A stretch of 64,000 bases of DNA from Thermodesulfobacteriota bacterium (GCA_049323655.1 JBMONO010000009.1:62540-126539), one strand, 5' to 3'. Counted from the first letter of the stretch, positions 1 through 8,791 are shown. Notes: generated by a model not told the origin, from the letters alone. Program-made: numbers and translations.

Positions 1-1
1 C

Positions 2-1477
2 GCCGGCTGCGTCGATGCCAAGATACTCCCTGTCGATCATCTGTTGCAACAAAAGCATCAGGGAGGGATCCGCAGGCATGGCGAAGTCGGCAAGATCATC
101 AAAAAGCACGGCAAAGGAAGAGGTTGTCGGCTTGCTTCCCGCACTCTGCTCCGGAATGATCTGCTCCACCCGGACGTTCAGGCCGGGTGCCAATCCAACA
201 AGCGGGCAGGGATCCAACAGCGGGGCGGAAACACCGGCATGGAAACAACGGAGAAAACCCTGCTCCTCAACCAGCGGCGCGCTGCCGACAAAGAGACACC
301 CTCCGCCGCCGGCGCATGTCACGGATATCATTTTTCCCGAAACGGCGCCCATCTGGCTGGCCAGAGCCCGGCTGCGGATAAGCTCATAGAGCCGCCGCTC
401 CGCGGGAGACACGACTTCCGGCAGCGCCTCGCCTGTCAACTCCGGCAGCAGGGGAAGAATACCCTGGCCGGCCATTTCCCTGGCAACGAGACAGGCGCTG
501 CCGAACCGTTTTTCCACTTCCGCCCGAATCAGCGCCAGGACGGCGCTGGCCTGGCAACCGGACTCGGCAAGCGGATTGCTGACCAGCCCAGTCCAGCGCC
601 CGTTGATCTCGATGCCATGGTAAAATTTCCACAAGGTCCGCGCCACCTCAACCGGACCCATACCGATCAAAACATGCCCATCCTCCAGCAATTCAGCCAG
701 CCGGTATGGAACGGGCGGCTCGACCTGAAACGGCTCGGAACCGAGCTGTTCCACCACGCACGGCTGTCCCTCGAAAAGAGCAACTGTTCTTTTCGCCTCG
801 GCCGCATCCTTCAGCAGCCCATCGTCGGAGATACCGTAGACCTCGCGCAGCCTGGCGGAGAATACGCCCCCGGGACCGGCCAGGCGAACTTCGATCCCCC
901 AGTGCGTTGCCATGTTGGGCTCGGCACACTCCCTCTTTCGTTCGTCAAGGAGAAAAAGGATAGTCAGGGAGGAAAAGGTGAGGGGCAGACCGCCGGGCCC
1001 TGCGCCGGTACCGATCAATCGGCTAATATGTCCGGTGAGGCAGTTGTTAAACAGAGAACGGATATAAAGAGCGGCGGCCCTGGCCGCATTGACCGGCTCC
1101 ACCAGGTGAAAGGAGGCGGCCAGCTCGTCGGCGGTGAGGCCCGAGAGATGAATCCGGCGAGCGCTTTTCTGCCCCCGGGTGGCGGCAAAGAGAAAGCCGT
1201 TCAGCATCCAGCTCCATAGCTCGCCCCGCTGGTCGCTGTCAAAGCCCAGATAGATGTCTTTGTCGAGACTGGCGAGCAGCGCCCCGGCAACCTGCCGCCC
1301 CCCTTCTGTCGGCACGAACTGAAAGCCGGTTTCCCCGGTCCACAGTTTTGCCGCAGCGGGATTATAAATTACCGTCATCGGCGCGGAACGCACCAGCAAC
1401 GGCTCACAGGCTCCGTTGCTCTGTTCCCGCAGCGCCTTTGCCTTTGCCTCGGATTCAACGATCACCAGAGTTGCCAT
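2..1477 (-). CDS. DNA topoisomerase IA (TopA)-like protein, probably catalytically inactive; 3' end beyond left edge
   Basis: Absent from the ORF track (no stop in window). Hand translation from ATG 1477 (AGGAG upstream) is open for 492 codons: MATLVIVESEAKAK (TOPRIM start), IYLGFDSDQRGE (cf. DxDREGE), PPVPY, FYHGIEINGRWTGLVSNPLAES (cf. LYEG..GLITYMRTDS), RLYELIRSRALASQM (cf. LYxLIWxRFxASQM). Confidence 0.85.
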   Translation of the reverse strand, partial: MATLVIVESEAKAKALREQSNGACEPLLVRSAPMTVIYNPAAAKLWTGETGFQFVPTEGGRQVAGALLASLDKDIYLGFDSDQRGELWSWMLNGFLFAATRGQKSARRIHLSGLTADELAASFHLVEPVNAARAAALYIRSLFNNCLTGHISRLIGTGAGPGGLPLTFSSLTILFLLDERKRECAEPNMATHWGIEVRLAGPGGVFSARLREVYGISDDGLLKDAAEAKRTVALFEGQPCVVEQLGSEPFQVEPPVPYRLAELLEDGHVLIGMGPVEVARTLWKFYHGIEINGRWTGLVSNPLAESGCQASAVLALIRAEVEKRFGSACLVAREMAGQGILPLLPELTGEALPEVVSPAERRLYELIRSRALASQMGAVSGKMISVTCAGGGGCLFVGSAPLVEEQGFLRCFHAGVSAPLLDPCPLVGLAPGLNVRVEQIIPEQSAGSKPTTSSFAVLFDDLADFAMPADPSLMLLLQQMIDREYLGIDAAG

Positions 1478-1518
1478 GGGCGAGGCTCCTGCGCAATAAG
1501 CGTAAAAGGTCTTTTTTC

Positions 1519-1597
1519 CCACAGAACGCACAGAGAACGCAGAGAAAACATCTTTAATTATAACTAGTTACCCCTGTTCGCCCTGCGGTTTCTGTGG
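1519..1597. repeat. Imperfect intergenic inverted repeat (CCACAGAA..CGCAG / CTGCG..TTCTGTGG) with AT-rich centre
   Basis: Arms read directly; centre contains the palindrome TAACTAGTTA (1561-1570). Confidence 0.5.
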
Positions 1598-1704
1598 TTG
1601 CTTTTCAGTTATTACGATTCCATCATAAATAATCGGCTTCGCAACCCATTCTATCGATTTCAATACTAAAAAGCAAAATATAGATTTTTCCGCCCTGCTT
1701 CGGT

Positions 1705-3906
1705 ATGCTTGAAAGAAAGCCCTCTGATATCCCGCCTTCCAAACTCGGACCCTGCGCACCCATGGCCCTGATCACTCTGCACGGCATCGACGAAGCCATT
1801 TCCAACCTCAACGCCAGTCCGGACACCCTGAAAGGCCGGCTTATTGCTCTGATTCGCGCCGCCTTTCTCAGTGAAGAGAGTTTGCAGCAACCGCAGACCA
1901 TTGCCCCGGAAGAATTGATTCGCGCCCTGTGGGGCGAGGACGATCCGGCCCGAATTCGGCAAAGACGCAAAAATCTCTCCAGTCTCAAGTCCGCCCTGAA
2001 CAAGGCCCTGAAGGAGCTGGGGCAGGAAGGCAAAAACCCGGAAGGAATCATCATCGGCCGCGACTATGTTTTCACCATCTCCGATGAACACAAGGACTCC
2101 ATTCTGCAGCAACTGGGAATCAGTCCGACCATGGATGCCGGACAACTCGCCGCGCTTTTCCGGGAAATTCTCGGTGGCATCCTGGACAAAGGCGACTCCC
2201 GCAAGCAGGCCGACCAGCTTCTTGCCGAACTCGACAAGGCACGGGAGATGATCATGCGAGCCGCCGGACACGGCAGCCCGGCTGGCGATGGCATTGAGGA
2301 AAAGGGCTCCGGTGCGGGAACGGGAGAAGCGACAGGCGATACTGACGGCACCGGAATGGTGGTGGAGGAAGTCGCTCTCGGCGAAAATGAAGAGTTTGAA
2401 ATCATCGAGGAGATCATCGACAACGACGCTCAGTCGGCCGGCGCCGGTCCTGAGCCAGCGGACGAGGTCGGAATAGAGATGGAACCGGCCGTAGTTCCTG
2501 CGGCGCCGGGAGAGATCGAGGTTGTTGACGAGAAGATTATCGAGGCGGTGGATGTGGTCGAGGTCAGCGACCAGGAAATCACCGAGGCGGTCGACGAGGT
2601 CGAGGTCAGCGACCAGGATATCACCGAGCTGGTCGACGAAGTCGAGGTCAGCGACCAGGAAATCAGCGAGGCGGTCGACGAGGTCGAGGTCAGCGACCAG
2701 GAAATCACCGAGGCGGTCGACGTGGTCGAGGTCAGCGACCAGGAAATCACCGAGGTGGTCGACGAGGTCGAGGTCAGCGACCAGCAAATCACCGAGGTAG
2801 TCGACGAGGTCGAGGTCAGCGACCAGGATATCACCGAGCCGGTCGACGAGGTCGAGGTCAGCGACCAGGATATCAGCGAGGCGTTGGGTGGGGGCGAGAT
2901 CTATGACGGGATTACTGACGGGGAAGACGCACCACAAGGAGAAGGCAGTGCCATTGGCGATCACCCCTCCGTGCTGACCGGCCCGGACGCCGACAGGACA
3001 GTCCCGCCACCACCCTTTTCGTCAAACCGCACCCTTGACCTGAGCCATTACCTGGAAGCCGATGAAGCGCTGGCCGCACCGGAACAGACCATGGCCGAGT
3101 CCCATGATGAGTATGTCGCCCAGATCCTTGAACGGTTCATGCCCCGGTTTATCAAGATACCTGCCGGTCATTATCCGGTCGGTGCGGTCGCACCCGGTCG
3201 CGACGAACGCCCGGCTGCCACAATCTGGCTGCCGGGTTTTTATATCAGCCAAGTGCCTGTAACCAATGACCTCTTTGATTTTTTTGTCAGGGAGACCGGC
3301 TATGAAACCGATGCCGAGCAGGCCGGGTCCGGCACCGTCTTCACCGGCCGCGTCAGCTCCCGTATCGACCCCGACAGTGGCCGAAAAATCATGGTCATTA
3401 CCCGCGGCGCCTTTTCGCAACGGGTACGGGGAGCCAACTGGCGTCATCCCGCCGGCCCCGAGAGTTCAGTGAAACATAAGGCAAATCATCCGGTGGTGCA
3501 GATAAGCCGCCGTGATGCCCTGGCCTTTGCCGCCTGGGCCGGGAAACGTCTGCCTTCCGAAGATGAATGGGAGGCCGCGGCCCGGGGGCCGCAGGGGCTG
3601 CCCTTTCCCTGGGGCAACGAGTGGCGTGATGGTCTTGCCAACACCGAATCATCCCTGCTCGGTGACACGACGCCGGTCAGCCGTTACGGCCGCGCCGCCA
3701 TGAGCCCCTTCGGCCTCTGTGATCTCCTCGGAAATGTCTTCGAGTGGACCGCCACCAGCCTCCCGCCTGGCAGCCGGGGTCATGGGCAGCTGATCCATGT
3801 CCTGAAAGGGGGCTGCTGGATATCCCGGGAACCCGTCACCGCTGCCGGCCGGCGCCTGGAAAATGACACCTGGTCCAACATCATCGGTTTTCGTTGCGCG
3901 GTCTGA
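1705..3906 (+). CDS. N-terminal winged-helix-like domain, acidic tandem repeats, C-terminal FGE-sulfatase (SUMF1-like) domain
   Basis: C-terminal motifs PVTNDLF, GANWRHPAGP, HPVVQIS, GKRLPSEDEWEAAARG, FPWG, DLLGNVFEW, GFRC; N-terminal EELIRALWG..NLSSLKSALNKAL resembles OmpR-type wHTH. Alternative start ATG 1762. Confidence 0.8.
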   Translation: MLERKPSDIPPSKLGPCAPMALITLHGIDEAISNLNASPDTLKGRLIALIRAAFLSEESLQQPQTIAPEELIRALWGEDDPARIRQRRKNLSSLKSALNKALKELGQEGKNPEGIIIGRDYVFTISDEHKDSILQQLGISPTMDAGQLAALFREILGGILDKGDSRKQADQLLAELDKAREMIMRAAGHGSPAGDGIEEKGSGAGTGEATGDTDGTGMVVEEVALGENEEFEIIEEIIDNDAQSAGAGPEPADEVGIEMEPAVVPAAPGEIEVVDEKIIEAVDVVEVSDQEITEAVDEVEVSDQDITELVDEVEVSDQEISEAVDEVEVSDQEITEAVDVVEVSDQEITEVVDEVEVSDQQITEVVDEVEVSDQDITEPVDEVEVSDQDISEALGGGEIYDGITDGEDAPQGEGSAIGDHPSVLTGPDADRTVPPPPFSSNRTLDLSHYLEADEALAAPEQTMAESHDEYVAQILERFMPRFIKIPAGHYPVGAVAPGRDERPAATIWLPGFYISQVPVTNDLFDFFVRETGYETDAEQAGSGTVFTGRVSSRIDPDSGRKIMVITRGAFSQRVRGANWRHPAGPESSVKHKANHPVVQISRRDALAFAAWAGKRLPSEDEWEAAARGPQGLPFPWGNEWRDGLANTESSLLGDTTPVSRYGRAAMSPFGLCDLLGNVFEWTATSLPPGSRGHGQLIHVLKGGCWISREPVTAAGRRLENDTWSNIIGFRCAV
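2545..2880 (+). repeat. Coding tandem repeat, 8 x 42 bp (14 aa, consensus xVDEVEVSDQ[E/D]ITE)
   Basis: Eight contiguous units counted in DNA and protein, plus one degenerate unit upstream (APGEIEVVDEKIIE). Confidence 0.95.
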
Positions 3907-3928
3907 GCCGGATGGGGGCCGCCCCACC

Positions 3929-5023
3929 TCACCGGGACAGGGCGTGATCGATCTGCGTCTCAGACACCTCATCGGTCATGATGACCCGGCCAATGGCGGT
4001 GGGCAGCACAAAAACCGGGGTGCCGGCGATTGCCTTCTTGTCCGTTTTCAGAAAAGATTTCATTACCGCTCTATCCAGATCAGCCGGGATCGTCACCGGC
4101 AGCCGGAAACTGTCGATCAGCGCGTAGATTTCGTCGGCCTCCGCCCTGCTGAGCAACGATTTCGCCACCGCAATTTCGTTGACAGCGACCATCCCCATGG
4201 CCACCGCCGCGCCATGGGGGATGGAAAAGTCCGAGGCCGCCTCAACCGCATGGCCGATGGTATGGCCGTAATTGAGAATGCGGCGCAGATCCGCCTCTTT
4301 TTCGTCCGCTGCCACCACCGCCGCCTTGATGGCGCAGCAGCGCAGAATCACCTCCTCAAGAACGGCAAGATCGAGGGCGAGGATGCGTTGCCGCTGCCGG
4401 GCGAGAAAGGAAAAAAAATCCCGGTCATAAATGACCCCGTACTTGATAACCTCGGCCAGGCCGTTAAGCAATTCGGCAAATGGCAGGGTCAGCAAGACAC
4501 TGCTGTCAATATAGACCGCCTTGGGCTGATAAAAGGCGCCCACCAGGTTCTTGCCTTCCGGAATGTCAACCCCGGTCTTGCCACCCACCGAACTGTCAAC
4601 CTGGGCGAGCAGACTTGTCGGCACCTGGACAAAAGGAATGCCCCGCATGTAGATCGCCGCGACAAAGCCGGCCATATCACCGGTGACACCGCCACCAAGG
4701 GCGAGCAGACAATCCTTGCGATCAACCCCAAGGCGGGCCAGACCGCTGCACAGCTCACCGATGGTGGTGAGATTCTTGCTCGCCTCCCCATGGGGAAAGC
4801 AGAGCATCTCACAGGCCAGATCAGCACTGCGCAAGGAATCAGCCACCCTGACGCCATAGATTTCCGCGACCCGGTCATCGGCGATGATGACATAGCGCTT
4901 GCCGACCGCGCGGTCGGCAAGATCCGGGCCGATTTTATCAAGCAAACCATTGTCAACCATGATCGGATAAGATCGACTTCCCAATCCGACATCAATTTTC
5001 TGTATCTGGGCGCTCTTCTGCAT
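3929..5023 (-). CDS. aroB: 3-dehydroquinate synthase
   Basis: ALGGGVTGDMAGF, PTSLLAQVDSSVGGKTG, GKNLVGAFYQP, LNYGHTIGHAVE, HGAAVAMGM. Confidence 0.97.
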   Translation of the reverse strand: MQKSAQIQKIDVGLGSRSYPIMVDNGLLDKIGPDLADRAVGKRYVIIADDRVAEIYGVRVADSLRSADLACEMLCFPHGEASKNLTTIGELCSGLARLGVDRKDCLLALGGGVTGDMAGFVAAIYMRGIPFVQVPTSLLAQVDSSVGGKTGVDIPEGKNLVGAFYQPKAVYIDSSVLLTLPFAELLNGLAEVIKYGVIYDRDFFSFLARQRQRILALDLAVLEEVILRCCAIKAAVVAADEKEADLRRILNYGHTIGHAVEAASDFSIPHGAAVAMGMVAVNEIAVAKSLLSRAEADEIYALIDSFRLPVTIPADLDRAVMKSFLKTDKKAIAGTPVFVLPTAIGRVIMTDEVSETQIDHALSR

Positions 5024-5070
5024 ACTTCCTCACCTCCTCCTGCTTTCTGCCGACATCCTCTGCGAAACAC

Positions 5071-5098
5071 TTGACAAGAAAAACAGGTTCACTAGACT
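5071..5098 (+). promoter_or_regulatory. Putative sigma70 promoter for the 5211 gene
   Basis: TTGACA-N16-TAGACT. Confidence 0.45.
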
Positions 5099-5131
5099 AT
5101 TACAAGAAACAATTGCTGATGGCGACTTTTT

Positions 5132-5170
5132 GCTTAGCCATCCCCGAAATTGACTTTTTGCGAGATCATC
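5132..5170 (-). repeat. Dispersed intergenic repeat, copy 1
   Basis: Reverse complement GATGATCTCGCAAAAAGTCAATTTCGGGGATGGCTAAGC matches 51231-51269 at 36/39 positions. Confidence 0.85.
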
Positions 5171-5210
5171 AATTGCTGACCCGACGATTTTTCCGGAAAA
5201 AGGAGGCGCC

Positions 5211-5633
5211 ATGATTGCACCAAAGGAAGACGAAACGAAACAGCTCCAGAACTCCCAGTTAACCAAAGCAGGCCGTGAGGTGGGTAAGGCTCTGGCCCGC
5301 TCCTCCTTTCAGGCGGAACAGACCGGCAGGAAAATCAAGAAGAAGGTTGAGGAAACCGTGTCCCGTGTGGCCGGCAAGGCAAAAAAAAACAAGTCTCCCT
5401 TCACTGAAAAAGGCGGGATTGCGGTGACCGAGACCATGGGCTTTGTTGCCGGAGAAATTTTCGAACACCTCTGCCAGAAAGGGGAAATGCCGACCGAACA
5501 GCTGGTGCACGCCATTATGCACCGGCAGAACTCGAACGCCATGGTCTACTGCGCCATCGGCTGGCTCGCCCGTGAAGGGAAAATCGCCTTTTCCCCGGAC
5601 GGTTCGATCATCTCACTTTCCGAGGAATGCTGA
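5211..5633 (+). CDS. Small winged-helix protein (DUF2582-like C-terminal domain) with basic N-terminal extension
   Basis: AGGAGG RBS; GFVAGEIFEHL..AIGWLAREGKI resembles DUF2582. Confidence 0.75.
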   Translation: MIAPKEDETKQLQNSQLTKAGREVGKALARSSFQAEQTGRKIKKKVEETVSRVAGKAKKNKSPFTEKGGIAVTETMGFVAGEIFEHLCQKGEMPTEQLVHAIMHRQNSNAMVYCAIGWLAREGKIAFSPDGSIISLSEEC

Positions 5634-5691
5634 TCGTATCAACATTCGCAACCCTCCGTCAGACCAGCAGGGTCACGATCCGTTCCTTCAC

Positions 5692-5727
5692 AAAAAAAAG
5701 GAGACGCCGACGCGGCGCCTCCTTTTT
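5692..5727 (-). terminator. Rho-independent terminator (likely bidirectional) downstream of sat
   Basis: GGAGACGCCG-ACG-CGGCGCCTCC stem flanked by A8 and T5 between convergent genes. Confidence 0.85.
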
Positions 5728-5764
5728 CAATTCCCGTTTCGCAACGGAAGGTCGTCTGCTCTGA

Positions 5765-7042
5765 TTACATGGCGGAGCCGGAAGCAGCGCCCTGCATCTT
5801 CACTGCGACCTTCTCGGTCAGACCTTCATAGTACTCGCGCAGAATCACGAGAACTTCTTCACGACCGAAGTGATCCGGAATCGGAGCGCCCTCGGAAAGG
5901 GCTTTGCGCAGTTTGGTACCGGAGAGGATAACGCGGTTTGATTTGTCATGCGGGCAGGTGCGCAGAGAGGCCATGCCGTCGCATTTGGAGCAGTAGAAGG
6001 TCCAGTCGATCTTCATCGGCCTGCAGAGCAGATCCTTGCCCGGATCGCCGGTGGTGGGGATCTTATCAAAGATCTCCTGGGCCTCGAACAGGCCGTAGAA
6101 ATCGCCAACACCTGCATGGTCACGGCCGATCAGCATGTTGTTGACGCCGTAGTTCTGGCGGAAGGTGGCATGGAGCAGACCTTCGCGGGGACCGGCGTAG
6201 CGCATATCCAGCGGATATCCGGCCTGGATAACGTTGTCTTTAACAAAGTGATGCTCAACCAGAGTATCGATGGCCTTCACGCGGACGTTGGCGGGGATGT
6301 CACCGGGTTTCAGGTTGCCGATCAGGGAGTGGATAAGAACGCCGTCGCAGACCTCGATGGCGATCTTGGCCAGGAACTCATGGGAGCGGTGCATCGGGTT
6401 GCGCAGCTGCAGAGCGGCGACGTTGGCCCAGCCCCTCTCCTCGAACATGGCGCGGGTTTCGGCCGGGGTCAGGTAGACGCCCTTGTACTCGGTCGGATAC
6501 TCACCCTGGGAAAGAACCTTGACCGGACCGGCGATGTTGACCTCTTTCTGGGCCATGACCATCTGCACACCGGGATGATCTTCCATGGCCACCTTCCAGA
6601 ATTTGTCGTCGGCGCTGTCGTCGCCGTTGCCCTTGAAGACCTTCTCGCATTCCCATTTCTTGTCAGCCTCGGTCATCTCGTATTTCTCGGTGACCTTCAT
6701 GGTGGCCATCAGCTCGCCCTTATGGACGAGAGCGATTTCCTCGTTGGCGGAAATGGCATTGGCCTCATCCTTGGAAATATCGAGGGTGATCGGCACCGGC
6801 CAGAAGGTGCCGTCCGCCATCTGAAAATTCTCGCAAACGCCTTTCCAGTCGGCCTTGGTCATGAAGCCGCTCAGCGGGCTGAAGCCGCCGATGCCCATCA
6901 TGATCAGGTCGCCTTTGGCGCGGGCGCTGACCTCGATTTTCTTCATGCCGGCGGCTCTCTCTTTCTCCGCAGCCAGCTCGCTGCCATGCAGCAATGCACA
7001 CACAAGACCTTTCCCGCCATGAGGCGCAACTAATTTTGCCAT
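5765..7042 (-). CDS. sat: Sulfate adenylyltransferase (ATP sulfurylase), dissimilatory type
   Basis: [59 protein letters not shown]. Confidence 0.97.
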   Translation of the reverse strand: MAKLVAPHGGKGLVCALLHGSELAAEKERAAGMKKIEVSARAKGDLIMMGIGGFSPLSGFMTKADWKGVCENFQMADGTFWPVPITLDISKDEANAISANEEIALVHKGELMATMKVTEKYEMTEADKKWECEKVFKGNGDDSADDKFWKVAMEDHPGVQMVMAQKEVNIAGPVKVLSQGEYPTEYKGVYLTPAETRAMFEERGWANVAALQLRNPMHRSHEFLAKIAIEVCDGVLIHSLIGNLKPGDIPANVRVKAIDTLVEHHFVKDNVIQAGYPLDMRYAGPREGLLHATFRQNYGVNNMLIGRDHAGVGDFYGLFEAQEIFDKIPTTGDPGKDLLCRPMKIDWTFYCSKCDGMASLRTCPHDKSNRVILSGTKLRKALSEGAPIPDHFGREEVLVILREYYEGLTEKVAVKMQGAASGSAM

Positions 7043-7093
7043 TTGCTTCCGTCTCCTTTAATTGTAGTTAAAGTCAGATATGTCCTCTAACAG

Positions 7094-7153
7094 AAATGAA
7101 CCCGTATTCATTTTTAGACACATTTATATAAATTGGGGCTGGGTGATTGTCAA
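7094..7153 (-). promoter_or_regulatory. Putative sigma70 promoter of sat with downstream inverted repeat
   Basis: Minus strand TTGACA (7153-7148)-N17-TATATA (7130-7125); AAATGAA-N6-TTCATTT at 7094-7113. Confidence 0.6.
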
Positions 7154-7296
7154 GAAAAAAAAATGAAGGGAAAAGAATGGAGGTCGGCGTCGTCCGCCGC
7201 CAAGACGATGGAAAATGAACGCAGCTACAGTGGGGCGGTCACGGCGGTGACCGCTTCAGGGGAAAGTAACGCGGCGAAAAACAAAAAGCTTGCCTG

Positions 7297-7716
7297 TTAG
7301 ACCTTTTCGTCAAAGAGCAGACCGATAAGATCGCGCAGCTTTTCCTTGAGTTTCAACACCTCTTCGGAAGGAAACTGTTTGATTACCTCATCGGTTTTTT
7401 TATCCCGCAGCTGGCTGACAATGCTTTTCGACTCCAGATCCTTATACAGACCAAAACGGAAAGCGCTGCCGATGGATTCGAGACGCTTATTGATATCCTT
7501 CACCGCCTCTTCCAGATCCTCCCGGGACAGCTCTTTCTCCTTTTTCCCCTCTTTTTCAGCCTTGCCGCGCAGGGCCTGCTCGTTGAGTTTGACCGTCACC
7601 GCCTCACTGCTTTCCGGCACGGGCTGCACCTGCGGCTTTACCGCGTCTTCCATTTCAACCGTCGATACGGTCGGCACGCCATACGTTTTAACATCAGTCG
7701 TTACGTTGACATCCAT
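7297..7716 (-). CDS. flaG: Flagellar protein FlaG
   Basis: LEEAVKDINKRL..LRDKKTDEVIKQFPSEEVLKL..GLLFDEKV; GGAGG RBS; flagellar context. Confidence 0.9.
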   Translation of the reverse strand: MDVNVTTDVKTYGVPTVSTVEMEDAVKPQVQPVPESSEAVTVKLNEQALRGKAEKEGKKEKELSREDLEEAVKDINKRLESIGSAFRFGLYKDLESKSIVSQLRDKKTDEVIKQFPSEEVLKLKEKLRDLIGLLFDEKV

Positions 7717-7739
7717 GACAACCTCCAGCGATAATGATC

Positions 7740-8171
7740 TTATGCCTTGTTGCTGAGATATTTCGGTGGCGGTCCCGCCCCCTGCTCGAGACGATAGCCC
7801 TTGAGGACGGTCTTTCCCCGACGCAATCCGTTCAGCTCCCGGCGAAGCGCCGCCAATCGCCCGTCCACCTGACTTCTGAGGGTTTCCTCATCATGGAGAA
7901 TTTCCCGCATCAGGGCTTGCACCTGGGCGGCCGCCCGGCCCGCTCCATCCAGCAGAGTCGGATCAAAATGCTCCAACCGTTGCTGTAAACGGCAAAAGGC
8001 CCGTTGCCGTTTCTCGGTCCACTCCTGCACGTTGCCGAGCCGCCCTTCGGCAAGAAGGGCGGCGTGCTGGCGCTGCAAGGCGGCAAATTCCTCCAGGGCG
8101 GCAATCAGCTCTCCCTCTTGTCCGTCATCCACCTTCACCTCCACCACCGTTTCGGCTAAGCCGTTGAGCAA
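7740..8171 (-). CDS. Helical flagellar chaperone-like protein (FliT/FlgN-like); start uncertain
   Basis: Follows fliS; all-helical pattern; C-terminal LRRGKTVLKGY. Confidence 0.55.
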   Translation of the reverse strand: MLNGLAETVVEVKVDDGQEGELIAALEEFAALQRQHAALLAEGRLGNVQEWTEKRQRAFCRLQQRLEHFDPTLLDGAGRAAAQVQALMREILHDEETLRSQVDGRLAALRRELNGLRRGKTVLKGYRLEQGAGPPPKYLSNKA

Positions 8172-8191
8172 AAACTATTTGAACATTTTAT

Positions 8192-8224
8192 TCTCCCATA
8201 CGACATAAGGAGTCGCATGGGAGA
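8192..8224 (-). other. Intergenic RNA hairpin between fliS and the fliT-like gene
   Basis: 13-bp stem with one G-U pair on the minus strand and a 7-nt loop. Confidence 0.5.
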
Positions 8225-8257
8225 GGCATAATGGTACAGGTTATTTCCGCACGGCTC

Positions 8258-8746
8258 CTAAATGGAGAAAGAAACCCCGGAGGAGAACGCACCCTTCCGT
8301 TCGACTTCTCCGGTCATGCCGGCAGTCGCCCCGCCACAGGCATCCAGGGCGCCGGCATCCTTTCTTTCCAGTTCCGCCATCGCGGTTTCTTCCCAGATCT
8401 CCTTCAACCGCCTGATATAACTGATGGTCTGTCGCACGATCTGCCCGTCATTGTTCGCCGAGGCCTTGGGTAACTCCAGCAGAATCGCACTATAGAGCCC
8501 GCGCAGGAAAAGGGCGGCATCGGATCCGTCATCTTCCTTGACCGAGGCATTGAGTTCGGTGATGATGGCAATGGCCTTACCGAGATTTTCTCCCTTGAGC
8601 TGCGGATTGCTCTTCTCAATGCCGATCAGCGCCATGTCAAGATGAATCAGGGCACGCTCATACATGAGGTGGATAAGCTTGACCGGGTGAATTTTCGACT
8701 GGCCTTCGGTTTGTCGGTAGGCATTGCGGGCTTTGGCTGCATTCAT
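8258..8746 (-). CDS. fliS: Flagellin export chaperone FliS
   Basis: NAYRQ..PVKLIHLMYERAL..KAIAIITELNASV..LYSAIL..IKEIWEE-like motifs; ATG 8746 has GAGGAG RBS (track start 8785 is upstream). Confidence 0.92.
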   Translation of the reverse strand: MNAAKARNAYRQTEGQSKIHPVKLIHLMYERALIHLDMALIGIEKSNPQLKGENLGKAIAIITELNASVKEDDGSDAALFLRGLYSAILLELPKASANNDGQIVRQTISYIRRLKEIWEETAMAELERKDAGALDACGGATAGMTGEVERKGAFSSGVSFSI

Positions 8747-8791
8747 GCGTCTCTCCTCTGTGGACCATTCTTCATCAGACACCATCTGCCA

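Noticed and set aside
44..1219. 391-aa plus-strand ORF
   Set aside because: Antisense shadow of the TopA-like gene; no recognisable motifs.
2545..2880. Possible CRISPR array
   Set aside because: Units are contiguous with no unique spacers, in frame within a CDS, and no cas genes are present.
1666..2964. 432-aa minus-strand ORF with LVADLD repeats resembling a leucine-rich repeat
   Set aside because: Antisense reading of the 42-bp repeat inside the FGE-fold gene.
3780..3906. Possible diversity-generating retroelement variable region (FGE-type fold at a C-terminus)
   Set aside because: No template repeat or reverse transcriptase seen in the window; a remote DGR cannot be excluded.
3863..7033. 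Long plus-strand ORFs 3863-5074 and 5948-7033
   Set aside because: Antisense shadows of aroB and sat, common in GC-rich DNA.
7235..7254. Palindrome GCGGTCAC-GGCG-GTGACCGC after flaG
   Set aside because: Single copy with no U tract; cannot tell REP from terminator or chance.
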